DNA of 64,000 bases from Felis catus. Lineage: Eukaryota. The stretch spans positions 10,356,001 through 10,420,000 of the forward strand of contig NC_058383.1 of assembly GCF_018350175.1 (NCBI RefSeq), read 5' to 3'. Shown one piece after another: positions 11,830-24,034 of this stretch. Within the stretch, counting starts at the first letter, position 1, and every line of letters starts with the position of its first letter. The notes beneath the pieces are model-generated. The model worked only from the letters and a program-made list of their open reading frames with translations. It did not search any database and was not told the origin of the DNA. A program made the translations under genes and the position numbers.

Positions 11830-12010
11830 ACACATTTGATCACTGAAACATGAAAAAACAATCGAAACTTTGGATTGCCCAAAGCCCAGCTAGAAACCGC
11901 CAAAATATAAACACCCAGTGGTAAACAGAGCACAGCGATTGGATTGTGAAATGGAGTGCCAGAAAATTTGAAATAATTGAATTATAAAAATTCATAATTG
12001 TGAAAATGAT
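11830..12010. promoter_or_regulatory. Candidate enhancer / conserved non-coding element
   Basis: AT-rich island with no repeat I recognise, set in GC-rich DNA; Forkhead ATAAACA 11907-11913 and GTAAACA 11921-11927, SOX AACAAT 11857-11862, homeodomain TAATTG 11974-11979 and 11995-12000. Confidence 0.4.
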
Positions 12011-12602
12011 GGAGAAAGGCTGCCTGGTGTAACGGGGTGGGGGGAGAGAGGGCTGGATCGGAGGAGGACGTCTTCCTGAGTGATACACCCAGGTGGGACT
12101 GGGTCTGTGTCCCCTCCGTGTTCCCCAGTTCCAGCCAGAAACTAGGTCCAGAGTCGGCATCAGTGAGGTCCTGCAGACCTCAGACATGCAGCCCAGCCCT
12201 TGAAGATAACAGCTGTGGATGGGTCGTGCAGGCCAAGTATTTGGACTTGAGCTGTAGTGAAGCAAAGATCTGGGGGGTGGTACCTGAAGTAAACAAACTA
12301 GGGAGGGAGGGAGGAAGTCACAACGTAATAAAGAGACAGATCCCTAGGAGTGGGTGATGGGCTGGGGATTGCAGACGGAGGGTGGTGGTGGTGGTTGGAG
12401 ATGATCCTCGCATTTGGGGATCAGGAGATACAGTGGGTAGGGAACAGGAAGAGTAGGCTTGGAACAGAAAAGGGTAAAAGGATGATCTCAGTGTGGGGTT
12501 GATGGAGGCTGAGGTGGGCAGGCCAGCTGGACATGTCTATGGGAGTCTGGAGAAACAGGCTGAGGTCAGAAGAATACACTGGAGTTTCAGCCTTGGGAGT
12601 GA

Positions 12603-13200
12603 TCTGAGTTGGGTTTCTTACAAGCAGACCCTGAGATGCGATTTATGCGCAAATCATTTATTCAGAAATTGCTCCTCGGGGCCCCAGGGTGGCTCACTCG
12701 GTTAAGTGTCTGCCTCTTGCTTTTGCCTCAGGTCGGGATCTCACGGTTCGTGAGTTTGAGTCCCGGGTCGGGCTCTGCACTGTGTCAGCGAGAAGCCTGC
12801 TTGGAATTCTCTCTCCCTCTCTCGCTGCCCCTTCCTGGCTTGTTGTCTCGCTCTCTCTCTCTCAAAATGAATAAATAAACTTAAAAAAAAAAAAAAAAAG
12901 AAAGTGCTCCTAGGGAAGGCTAGCAGGGGGACAGGAGGACCTATCAAGCAAAAGCCTGATCTCAGGATGAGCCCCAGGAGCCTGATCCCGAGGGGACTCT
13001 GGAGCGGGTGTTATACATCCTGGCCCGAGGCAGGCAGGCTGGACTCTCCTGAGTGTGACTGTTTCTGCAGGTGTCGGTCAGTTGGGGACTGTGGCAACAG
13101 GAGGTGAGAACTTCCTGGCACCCTGGCCGTCTGCAAGTGCAGGAAAGCCGGCTCCACAGCCCACAGGGACAGTCCTCCAGAAAGATCCATGAGCCGGTTG
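12603..13200 (-). mobile_element. LTR16-like (ERVL) solo LTR relic, interrupted by a SINE
   Basis: GAGTTGGGTTTCTTACAAGCAGACCCTGAGATGCGATTTATGCGCAAATCATTTATT matches the reverse-complement 3' end of LTR16-family LTRs; right boundary uncertain. Confidence 0.6.
12678..12898 (+). mobile_element. Carnivore SINEC
   Basis: GGGGCCCCAGGGTGGCTCA head, CT tract, poly(A); TSD AGAAAKTGCTCCT (12664-12676/12899-12911). Confidence 0.94.
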
Positions 13201-13304
13201 TTGGAAGAGAACCTACCAAGGCCAGGGACGCAGAGGGGGTCTCTGACCTCTGCCGCGTAAGAAGCGCATTGTGTCTGCTCCCCAAGTCAGCAGTGCACTG
13301 ACAG

Positions 13305-13650
13305 TCATTGAAGCTGATTGAAGCAAAAGAAGGAATTTGTTGGCCCAGGTAGCTGGGAAGTCCAAGGGTGTGGCCAGATCCCGGGGCGGAAATGATGTCC
13401 CTGGGTTTCTCTCCCTCCAGCTTTCTGCGCGGCCCCCAGCGTGCATCGGTGTCTCTCTCTGACAAGCTGTCTCCAGGGGTCGGGAAAACTGGCATCTAGC
13501 AGCCCCCGGGCACCATTCTCAGAAGTCCCAGTACGAAAGGAAGAGAGACACCCTTCCTCCCAGCTGCCAAATGCAAATCTCAGAGAAGATTAATTTTTCT
13601 TGCTGGGCTCCCCTGCCCGTCCCTGAGCCAATCACTGTGGTGCATCTGGT
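13305..13650. mobile_element. MLT1J/K/L-like MaLR LTR relic
   Basis: AAGCAAAAGAAGGAATTTGTTGGCCCAGGTAGCTGGGAAGTCCAAGGG..GATCCCGGGGCGGAAATGATGTC..CCCTGAGCCAATCACTGTGG resembles old MLT1 LTRs. Confidence 0.6.
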
Positions 13651-14424
13651 CCTGAAAGGACCAGGAAAGGGACACCGTCCACTTCCTGGGTCTCTGTCTG
13701 TCTCTGTGTCTCCCTTTCCCTTTGTATTTCACTCAGGCCCTAGTCACATGCCTACCTCTATGAGGGGGGACAGGGAAGGGCCGGCCCCTCCAAACCAGTT
13801 GAAATGGATTCTCCATGAAATAAAAGGGGGTTCAGTTACTGAAGGTGGGGGTGCCAGCTGATGACGATGACGTCCTTTCCAACCTGGGCTGGGGGGAGGC
13901 TTCTGTTTCTGAAATGGAGAGGACCCCCTAAAGACCTCTGGGAAGGTCAGGGTGGATCTTGGGTGGGGGTAATGGAAAAATGGAGAGCCATCTAAGTCCT
14001 GCCCTTGAGAGAGGGAGAGATGAGGAACAGGCTTTGGCCGGGAGGCTGGAGCTGTCTGGGATCTGGCCTGGGACAGGAGAAGGGGCAGGAGCAGGCTCTA
14101 CATGGAGGCCCAAGGGGTCCGGTCTTGGGTTTGGGGAGGTGGCTCCTGAGAGCTAGCTCGTGGCACGGAGAGGGACAGACACGCGCCGTATCCAGCTGAA
14201 AACGAGAGGCTGGGCAGAGCTGGTAAGAACAGCTTTCGGCTGCAGGGCTGTTCCAGCAGTCAGGCAGGAAGGACACAGCTGGCGTCCGAGGGCAGGCTGG
14301 CTCGACGTTGACCCTGAAGTTCCAGCTCTGCTGGTGGGCATCATGGGCTCTGTCAGTGCCTGGAGCACTGGGGTGGGAGTCAGCCCCCAGATTCAGGGGA
14401 GGGGGGCAAAGAGTGGGCCATTCT

Positions 14425-14539
14425 TACAGGACCAGAAAGTAGACTAGTGGTTGCTTAGGGCTGGGAGGGACTGGAACGGGGGCCGGGAGTGATAGCTAGG
14501 ACACAGGATTTCTTTCTTTTTTTTTTAATGTTTATTTAT

Positions 14540-14586
<47 letters not shown>

Positions 14587-14900
14587 ATAAGCAGGGAAGG
14601 GGCAGAGAGAGGGGGGGGAGAGAGAGAGAATCCCAAGCAGGCTCTACGCTGTCAGCACAGAGCCCGACACAGGGCTCGATCCCATGAACACGAGATCATA
14701 ACTTGAGCTGATGTCAAGAGTCGGACACTTCGCTGACTGAGCCACCCAGGTGCGCCAGGGTTTCTTTGTGAGGTGATGAGAATGTTCTAGAATGAACTGT
14801 GCTAATGATTACACAAAGCTGCGAGTATATTAAAGACCACCGAATTGTACATTTGGAACATGTGAGTTGTATGGCATGTGAATCATATCTTAATAAAGTG
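14425..14900 (+). mobile_element. L1MB-like 3' end fragment (split by a SINE)
   Basis: AGAAAGTAGACTAGTGGTTGCTTAGGGCTGGG..GGTGATGAGAATGTTCTAGAAT..GAATTGTACATTT..GTGAATCATATCTTAATAAAG. Confidence 0.85.
14514..14756 (-). mobile_element. Carnivore SINEC with a long (GA)n tract
   Basis: SINEC body; (GA)n ~14543-14585; TSD CAGGRTTTCTT. Confidence 0.94.
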
Positions 14901-14995
14901 GAGTGGGTTTTCTCGGATAGAGGCGTAAAGGCAGCTATGGTTCACATGGCCCCTAGGCTCTGGGTGGTGGGACCAACTTCAGACCCCATCTTCTT

Positions 14996-15215
14996 CTTCC
15001 TTTTTCTTTTTAATTTCTATTTATTTTTGAGACAGAGAGACAGAGAGAGAGAGAGAACGAGTGGGGAAGGGGCAGAGAGCAAAGGAGACAGAGAATCGGA
15101 AGCAGGCTCCGTGTAGTCAGCACAGAGCCTGACGCGGGGCTCGAACTCACCAACCGTGAGATCACGACCCGAGCCGAAGTTGGCGGCTCAACCAGCTAAG
15201 CCACCCAGGCGCCTC
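14996..15215 (-). mobile_element. Feline SINEC
   Basis: SINEC body; TSD CAGACCCCAYCTTCT (14981-14995/15216-15230). Confidence 0.94.
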
Positions 15216-16469
15216 CAGACCCCACCTTCTGGTGGGACAATGGAGAGGACTGGTCTGTCTGAACCTGCTTGTCTGCAATAGCTCCCCGCTGGTGTGCCCA
15301 CTTTCCTCCGTAGTCAGGGCGCCTTTGCAAATGCAAATGTACTCATATCACTGCGTGACTGACCTGAACGTCTGGCCTGCTGACTGCCCATCCTGACCCT
15401 TTTTCCATTCTTTGAACTTGATATGGCCTCAGGTCTTTTGCATTTCCTATTCTTTGTGACCCAAACTCTGTTCTCCTCTTTTGACCCAAGAAATGTATTT
15501 CCTTTTTCCTCTCCAACCGAGCACTTATTCCGTGCATAATTATACATTCCAGTCGGTTGGTTTGGAAAGCAAGCTCTCTGGGTATATGTGTGCTCACCCT
15601 GACTCAGAGCACTCAATAAAAATGTGTGAAATTAGTGAAGGAATATTCTCTGTGCCCTGGGGAGGCTGGAGCCTGCAGAGGAAGTCTCTGGGAGACAGTT
15701 GGGTGTGGGCAGACAGGATGAGCAGGTGAGTCCCATCTACCCAGGTCATAGCCCAGTGATTATTGGTGACGCTGGGCCCTGAGGTCACATGTCTTTCTGT
15801 GGCCACTACCCAGGAGGGCAGAAAGTCCAGCAAGAGTGGGGCCCCTGTTTTAGCTGCTGCACTTTTGCGGGCTGGAGGCAGGGGCTGTCCTCAGACTACA
15901 GCAGGGAGGCTCCAAGGGCAAGGAGATGCCTCGGCCTGGAAAATCACATCACGAGATCGAGGCTGGCCCTGGGACAAGGCAGGGAAAGTGCTGAGAGGCT
16001 GGCGTTCCAAGAGACACAAGCGGAGAGACTAATTCTTGGAAAGTGGAAACCCCCAGGGGAGCCGAAGTGGGTCTTTGAGCTGCTGGCGAGCACCATTCTG
16101 GCTTTGGGACCATCCCGAGTGGTGAAAACAGAGCGGCTGGAGATTTTGGCCACCTCGCAGTGTGGACAGGACAGTGAGGTCCAAGGACGGGAGCCATCCT
16201 CCAAGGCTGCGCGAGCTGGAACTCGGGCCCAGGTATCCTGGCTCCTGGCCCGGCCTCTTTTCTCTCTGCCAGGCCGCCGCTGCCTCTTCCAAATGGGAAA
16301 ATCCACGTGGCATTTCTCCTTGATTCTGGAAGGGATAATATAGCGTGTGTGTGGACCATCACGAGCCTGATTGTGTAAAGTGGATTTATCTTCCTGAGCA
16401 TCCTTGGCTGGGGTGATTCTCCAAAGCATCTCTATCCTCTGCGTCCCCGTAGGCTGCCGTTGCCAATTT

Positions 16470-16970
16470 GCTTTATTGTTTTTTGAGACTTTTAATCTAG
16501 GAATAACTTTGAACTTACAGAAATGTTGCAAGAATGTTATACGGAACGCCCAGTGAATTTTCTTTTTAACCTAGATTTGTCACTACTCTACATTCTGCCC
16601 CATTTGCTTTATCTTCTAATCTCCCCCAATGCAGACATACACACACAGACACACATTAAAAACGGAGTTCGTACTGATACATCTATTCAGCCACCTAGTA
16701 TACTTCTAGACTACTCCTTATCATGTTCCTCTTCTCCAACAACGAGAAGCCTGGCTCCCACTTTCCACTCATCTGCTCAAGCCCAGAATATAAGAAAATA
16801 GTTTCAGAGCTGATGACCCATATCACCGTAATCGGGCAAACCCGCCAACTGGAACTCAATATTTATTTACATTGCCCTAAGATAAAAGTTAATATAGAAA
16901 ACACACGATTCTGAAGTGTCTACTTTGCTGAGTTTTCACAAATACGTACGCTTATGTTTCCCATAGCCCA
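16470..16970 (-). mobile_element. Old L1 (L1MC-like) 3' end fragments
   Basis: TTTTAATCTAGGAATAACTTTGAACTTACAGAAATGTTGCAAGAAT..CATTCTGCCCCATTTGCTTTATC, typical of antisense L1MC 3' ends. Confidence 0.65.
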
Positions 16971-16973
16971 ATT

Positions 16974-17361
16974 GCCTTGGGTATCTCAGGCAAATATAAC
17001 AAAATACCATAGACATTTCTTTCCCATGGTTTTCCTGAGAAATCCAAGATCAAGGTGACAGCAGATTCAGTTCTTGGTGAGGACTCTCTTCCTGGTTTGC
17101 AGATGGCTGTCTTCTTGTAGTGTCATCACATGACAGGAAGAGAAAGGGAGAGAGAGAGAGCGAGAGAGAGAGAGAGCGCTAAAGTTCTGGTCTCTTTTAT
17201 CTTCTTACAAGGTGGCTAATCCCATAATGGAAGCCCCACCATCATGACTTCATCTAACCCTAATTACTTCCCCAAAGCCTCACCTCCAAACGCCATCACA
17301 TTGAGGGTTTAGGGCTTCAACATATGAATTTTGGAGGGACACAAACATTCAGTCCGTAACA
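16974..17361 (-). mobile_element. MLT1A0-like MaLR solo LTR
   Basis: Minus strand begins TGTTACGGACTGAATGTTTGTGTCCCTCCAAAATTCATATGTTGAAGCCCTAAACCCTCAATGTGATGG; internal (GA)n; AATCCAAGATCAAGGTG motif. Confidence 0.88.
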
Positions 17362-17769
17362 CCAGTCGAGGTAGAGAACACTTCCATCATTTCAGAATAT
17401 TCTCTAGGGTAACTAACTAGAAGTGAAATGGCTGGGTGGTAAGGGAAGGGTATGTCTAACCAAACAAGAAATCATCCAAACTTTTCTTACAGCATTTGTC
17501 TTTTTACATTTCTGCCAACAGTGAAGGAGATTGTTGTTCCACATTCTCACCAACATTTGGTATTGTCAGTCTTTTAAATTTTAGCCTGTGGAGTAGGATC
17601 ATACAGTATACATCCTTTTTCAGCCAAATAGGTATGCAGTGATATCTCACTGCCATTTTAATTTGCATTTCCTGCAGACCAACTATGTTGAGTATACTAT
17701 CATTTATAAAACTACCTTTGAGAAGTATTTAATTTTAGAATTTTTGCCTGTTTTTAATTGGGTTTATTT

Positions 17770-18010
17770 TATTATTATTGTTGTTATTTTATTTAATGTT
17801 TATTTATTTTTGAGTGAAAGAGAGAGAGAGAGAGAGACAAAGCATGAGTGGGGGAGGGGCAGAGAGAGAGAGGGAGACACAGAATCTGAAGCAGGCTCCA
17901 GGCTCTGAGCTGTCAGCACAGAGCTGGATGCAGGGCTCAAACCCATGAGCTGTGAGATCATGACCTGAGCCAAAGTTGAACGCTTAACCAACTGAGCCAC
18001 CTAGGCGCCC
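17770..18010 (-). mobile_element. Feline SINEC
   Basis: SINEC head, GA tract and T-rich tail. Confidence 0.94.
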
Positions 18011-18189
18011 TGAGTTGTTTATTTTTTATTATTGATTTGTAGGCGTTCTTTATATATACTGGGTATAAGTCCTTTGTCAGATGCATATTTTGCAAATATT
18101 TTCTACTGAGTCTGTGGCCTGTCTATTTTCTTATTGGTGACTTTTTATTGTAGTAAAAAACACAAACATAAAATTTATCATCTAACGAC

Positions 18190-18389
18190 TTTCTTTTCTT
18201 CTTTAGTGCTTTTTATTTTTGAGAGAGGAAGAGTGTAAGCCAGGGAAGGACAGAGAGAGAGGGAGACAGAGAATCTGAAGCGGGCTCTGTGCAGTCAGCA
18301 GTCTGATGCAGGGCTTGAACTCATGAACCATGAGATCATGACCTGAGCCAGAGTCGGACATTTAACTGACTGAACCACCCAGATGCCCC
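18190..18389 (-). mobile_element. Carnivore SINEC (diverged)
   Basis: ..GAGATCATGACCTGAGCC..GACTGAACCACCCAGATGCCCC. Confidence 0.9.
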
Positions 18390-19459
18390 TTTAACTTTTC
18401 AAATGTAAAATCCAGTGGCATTTAGTACATTCAAAATATTGTGCAACCATCACTACTAATTCCATTTTCGTCACCCCCAAAGGAAACCCAATACCCATTA
18501 AACTATCACTCATCATTCTCCCATTTTCCAACCTCCTGCAGCCATTCATCTACTTTCTGTCTCCATAGATTTCACTGTTTCATGTGAATGGAGTCATAAG
18601 TGGTCTTTCGTGTCTGGCTTCTTTCATTAACATAATGTTTTTCAAGGTTCATCCACATTGTAGAAAGTATCGAAATTCCATTCCTTTTTATGGCTGAAGA
18701 ATATTCCATTGTATGAATATATCACAATTCGTGTGCCTACTCATCAGTTAATGGGCATTTGTGTCATTTCCATCTTTTGACTATTACGAATAACTCCACT
18801 ATGAACATTTATGTACACGTTTTCTTGTGAACACGTTTCAGTTCTCTTGGATGTATACCTAAGAATGGAATTGCTAGGTCATAGGGTAATTCTATGTTTA
18901 ACTAACTGAAAATTGCCACACTGTTTTCCACTGTGGCTATACCATTTAACATTCCCACCAGCAATATATGAGAGTTCTCATTTCTTCACAACCTCACCAA
19001 AACTTATTTTTCATGTTTGGATTATAGCCATCCTTGTGGGTGTGAAATAGTGTCTCAATGGAGTTTTGATTTATATTTCCCTAATGACTAATGATGTTAA
19101 GCATCTTTTCATGTGATTTTTTGCCATTTATGTATTTTATTCGGAGAAATGTCTGTTCAAGTCGTTTTTGTTATTGCATTGTAAGAGTTCTTTATATATC
19201 CTGGATACTAGATCCTTACCAAAGGTGTGATTTAAAAATATTTTTTTCCTTTCTGTGGATTGTTTTTCAACGTCCTTGATAATATCCTTTGATGTACAGA
19301 AGTTTTAAATTTTGATGAAATTCCGTTTATCTTCCTCTCTCTCTTTTTTCTTTTTGCTTGTGCCTTTGGTGTCACATCTAGGAAAAACATTGGTAAATCC
19401 AAGGTCATAAAGATTTACCCCTATGTTTATTCCCTAAGAGTCTTATAGTTTTAGCTCTC

Positions 19460-19806
19460 AGAAACCAATAAGCCAACAAGAAATTACCCAAATTTCAAAT
19501 GGGCAAGTGATTTGAATAGACATTTCTCCAAAGAAGATATACAAATGGCCAATAAACACATGAAAAGATGCCCTATATCATTAATCACTAGGGAAATGTG
19601 AATGAAAACCATAATGAATACTAATTTTTACCCACTAGGATGACTATACTCAGAAAGAGGGATGATAACAAGTGTTGTTTAGGATATGGAGAAATTGGAG
19701 CCTTCATACATTGCTGGTGGGAATGTAGAACGCAGTCCCCATGGAAATGTTTAGCAGTTCCTCAAAAAGCTAAAACAGATACCTTATGACCTGGCAATTC
19801 CATCCC
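19460..19806 (+). mobile_element. L1 ORF2 C-terminal fragment in the opposite orientation to its neighbours
   Basis: Sense L1 text AAATGGGCAAGTGATTTGAATAGACATTTCTCCAAAGAAGATATACAAATGGCCAATAAACACATGAAAAGATG..CATTGCTGGTGGGAATGTA.. Confidence 0.9.
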
Positions 19807-22098
19807 GTTTCAATGGGTTGTTTTTTTCACTCCACTAGTATTGTTCTTTGATGAACAAAAGTTTTAAATTTTGACCAAGTTCAATTTGTCTTTTTTTTTT
19901 CCCTTTGGGGCTTGAGATTTTGGTATCCTACCCAAGAAACCATCACATAATCCAAGATCATACAAATTTATCCCTATATTTTCTTCAAGGAGTTTAATAG
20001 TTTTAGCTCTTATAGGTGTTTGATCTATTTTGAGTTATGGTGTGAGGTAAAGGTATACAGTGTCATGTGAAGGGCCAACTTGAATCTTTGCCTGTGTGTA
20101 TCTGGTTGTTCCGGCACTCTTTTGTGAAGACACTGTCCTCTCTCCATCTAATGGTTTTACCATCCTTGTCAAAAATCAACCAACCATAGATTATATGGGT
20201 TTATTTCCAGACTCTCAATTCTATTCCATTGGTCCATGTGTCTATCCTTATGGCAGTGCCACAAGGTGTTAATTATCGTAGCTCTGTAGTAAGTTTTGAA
20301 ACCAGAAGTTTGAGTCGCCCCACTTCGTTCTTTTTTAAGATTGTTAGCTATTTGAGGTTCATTGCATTTCCGTTTGAAGTTTAGAATCATCTTGTCCAAC
20401 TGCAAAAGACAAAAGAAAAAAGGCAGTTGAGATGTTGAAGGGGATTGCATTGACTATGTAGAGCAATTTGGGAATTATTGCCATATTAACAATATTAAGT
20501 CTTCTTATCCATGAATATGGGATGTTTTCTCATTCACTTAAATCTTCTCTAATCTTTCTCAGCAGCGTTTCCTAGTTTCTGTATAGGTTTCATACTTCTT
20601 CTGTTAAATTTATTCCTAAGTATTTTATTCTTTATGATGCTCTTGTAAATGGAGTTCTATTCTTGGTTTCCTTTTGAGACTGTTCATTGCTGATGTACAG
20701 AAAAATGACTGGTTGAATATTGACGTTGTATCCTGTAGGTTTGATGAGCTGGGGTTTCTGTGTATTTAGGGTCATGGCATCTGCAAATAGAATTTTGCTT
20801 CTTCTTTTCTAATCTGGATGCCTATCTTTTTCTTGCCTATCATCAAGATTAGCATGTCCCCTACACAAATTCTTGCCTTATTGTCTTGGCTAGAACCTCA
20901 AATACAAGGTTGAACAGAAGTGGTGAGAACAGATATTCTTGTCTTGTTCTTAATCTTAGGGAACAGAACTTTCAGTTTTTCACAATTAAATATGATGTTA
21001 GTTTTGGAATTTTTGTACATGGCCTTCATCAGATTGAGGAAACTCCCTTCTATTGCTAGTTTGTTGAGTGTTTTAATCGGGAAAGGCTGTCGGATTTTGT
21101 TAAGTGCTTCTTCCGCATTTATTAAGATTATCATGTCTTTGCCTCCTCTATTTTGTTAATATGTTACATTTCATTGATTGATTTTTGTACATTGAAACAA
21201 GTTTGCATTCCTGGGAAAAATTCCACTTGGTCACTGTGTATAATCATTTTTGTATGCTGCTAGGTTCAATTTTCCAATATTTTATTGAAGATTTTCCATC
21301 TGTTTTCATAAGGAACGTTGGTCTGTAATTTTCTTTCCTTGTGATATTTTTTGTCTGGTTTTGGTAACTGGGTAATACTGGCCTCATAGAATGGCTTAGG
21401 AAGTGTTCTATCCTCCTCTTTTTGAGGAAGAGTTTCAGAAAGATTGGTGTTAATACTTTTTTAAACCATGGGTAGAATTCAACAGTGCAGCCTTCTTACC
21501 CAGGCTCTTCTTTGTTGAAATCTGTTTGATTACTAACTAAAATTCTGTTATAGACGTTTTCAGATTTGCTTTTTCTTTTTCAGTCGTCCTTTTGGAGAGT
21601 TTGTGCAATTCTAGGAATTTTTCCATTTCATCTAGGCTTTCTGGTTTGTGGCATATTATTGTTCATAGCATTCCCTTATAATCTTTGTTATTTCTTTAAG
21701 GTCTGTATTAATGTCCCCTTGTTTAGTTGTTGAGTTTAGTAATTTGAGTTTCCTCTCTTTTTTTTTTTTTCTTCATCAGTCTGGCTGACAACAATTTGTC
21801 AGTTCTGTTAATCCTTTCAAAAAACCAACTTTTTCTTTTGTTGATTTTCTCTACTGATTTTCTAATTTTCTGTCATTTATTTCCATGCTGGTTTTCATTA
21901 TTTCCGTCCTTCTACTTGTTTTGGGTTTAGTTTGCTGTTTTTCTGTTTCTTACCATGGAACATTAGGTTATTAATATGAGATCTCTCTTCTTTTTTTTCA
22001 TTTAGGCATTTATAGCTACAAATTTCCCCCTAGACTGCTTTTGCTCCGTCTCATAAATTTAGGTGTGTTGTATTTTTGTTTTCATTAATCTTGAAATA

Positions 22099-22196
22099 TT
22101 TTTGTTGCATAATCTGTATGCCCATTGTGGGACTGGAACTCAAAACTCTGAGATCAAGAGTCACATGCTTTACTGACTAAGCCAGCCAGGAGCCCC
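22099..22196 (-). mobile_element. Short tRNA-Lys-like carnivore SINE (SINEC_old type, no CT tract)
   Basis: Minus strand GGGGCTCCTGGCTGGCTTAGTCAGTAAAGCATGTGACTCTTGATCTCAGAG..; 13-bp TSD TAATCTTGAAATA (22086-22098/22197-22209). Confidence 0.88.
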
Positions 22197-22564
22197 TAAT
22201 CTTGAAATACTTTTCAATTTCCCCTTGTGATTTCTTCTTTGATCCACCTGTTAACCAACAGGTATATTGTTTAATTTCCGTATATTTATAAATTTTCCAA
22301 ATTTGCTTCAATTGTCTGTTTTTAATTTCTTTCTATTGTGGACAGAAAACATACTTTTTATCATTTCAATCATCTAAAATTTATTGGGACTTGTTTTATG
22401 GCCTCATTGCTGGAAAATGTTCCATATTCACTTGAGAAGAATGCATAGCCTGCTGTTGTTAGGTAGAATGTTCTAAAGATGTTTGTTAGGTCTAGCTGGT
22501 ATATATTTCATTTCCTGTTGATCTTCTGTGTAGTTATTCTCTTCATTATTAAAAGTTGGATATT

Positions 22565-22796
22565 GGGGCGCCTGGGTGGCTCAGTTGAGCATCTGACTTC
22601 AACTCAGGTCACGATCTCACAGTTCGTGAGTTCGAGCCCCGCGTCGGGCTCTGTGCTGACAGCTCGGAGCCTGGAGCCTGCCTTGGATTCTGTGTCTCCC
22701 TCTCTCTGCCCCTCCCCCCCTCACACTCTGTCTCTGTCTCTTTCTCTGTCTCTGTCTCTGTCTCTCTCAAAAATAAAATAAACATAAAAAAATTTT
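22565..22796 (+). mobile_element. Feline SINEC
   Basis: SINEC body; TSD AAGTTGGATATT (22553-22564/22797-22808). Confidence 0.96.
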
Positions 22797-22995
22797 AAGT
22801 TGGATATTGAAATGTCTAAATACTCTTGTTGAATTGTTTATTTTTCCCTTCAATTCCTTAAGCTTTTGTTTTTTGTTCTTTGAGGCTCTGTTGTTAGGTC
22901 ACATATCCTTACAATTGTATCTCCTTGATGGATTGGCCCTTTGTCATTAGGAAATGTCTTCCTTTGTCTTCCGTAAAAAATTTTTTCTTAGAGTC

Positions 22996-23215
22996 TTTTT
23001 AAAAAATGTTTATTTATTTTTGAGAGACAGAGAGAGACAGAGACAGAGCACGAGCAGGGGAGGGGCAGAGAGACAGGGAGACACAGAATCTGAACCAGGC
23101 TCCAGGCTCTGAGCTGTCAGCACAGAGCCCGACTTGGGGCTCGAACCCACAAACCCTGAGATCATGCCCTGAGCCAAAGTCAGACACTTAACTGACTCAG
23201 CCACCCAGGCGCCCC
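22996..23215 (-). mobile_element. Feline SINEC without a recognisable TSD
   Basis: Complete SINEC body; flanks share no direct repeat that I can see. Confidence 0.94.
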
Positions 23216-23461
23216 AATCTATCCATTCATCAGTTTAATTTATGTGTTTACATATAAAGAAAGACTTCTGCCATTTTGCTATTTGTCTTCTAATAGGTTG
23301 CATATCTTTTTGTCCCCCAGTTCCTCCATTATTTCTTCCTTCTGTGTTTTAAAGTGTTTTCTTGTGCACCATTTTAATTCTTTGTTGTTCCTTTATTATA
23401 TATATTTTTAGTTGTTTGAAATTGCCCTGGAGATTATAATTAACATTTAAATTTTCATATC

Positions 23462-23464
23462 TTT

Positions 23465-23506
<42 letters not shown>

Positions 23507-23596
23507 AGTAGGTTCCACACCTAACGTGGGGCTTGAACCCATGACTGTTAAGATCAAGAGTTGCATCGTCCACTGACTGAGCCAGTCAGGCACCCC
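23462..23596 (-). mobile_element. Short tRNA-Lys-like SINEC with a (TTTA)n tail
   Basis: ..AACGTGGGGCTTGAACCCATGAC..AGATCAAGAGTTGCAT..GACTGAGCCAGTCAGGCACCCC; (TTTA)n ~23467-23505. Confidence 0.85.
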
Positions 23597-24034
23597 CCCA
23601 ACATTTTAATTTATAACAATCTAGTTTGGATGAATACTAACTTAATTTTAATGGTATACACACAGTTTGCTCCTATATAAGGCTTTGTTACCTCCAACCA
23701 TACTGTTCGTGTTCAAATTCCATCTTTATCCATGGTGGGCCCATCAACGTAGATTTATAATTACTGCTTTGTACAATTGTCTTTTGAATCAGATAGAAAA
23801 AAAAAGAGTTACAAATGAAAGAATATATTTATACTGTCTTTTATATCTAACTATGCGTCTACATTTCCTGGCGGTCTTTATTCTTCATGTGGATTTTAGT
23901 TACGGCCTAGTGTTACTCCATTTCCACCTGACAGGACTCCCTTTAGCATTTGTGTAAGACGGATCTGCTAGCTGCAAACTCTCAGTTTTTGTTTATCTGA
24001 GGATACCTTAATTTCTCCTTTTTTGTTTGTAGGG

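Larger units (their letters stand above)
17362..19458 (-). mobile_element. Nested L1 (L1MB-like) 3' UTR / ORF2 C-terminal fragments
   Basis: Antisense L1 text (..CAAGGTTCATCCACATTGTAG..GGAATTGCTAGGTCATAGGG..CATTCCCACCAGCAAT..CCTAATGACTAATGATGTT..). Confidence 0.85.
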
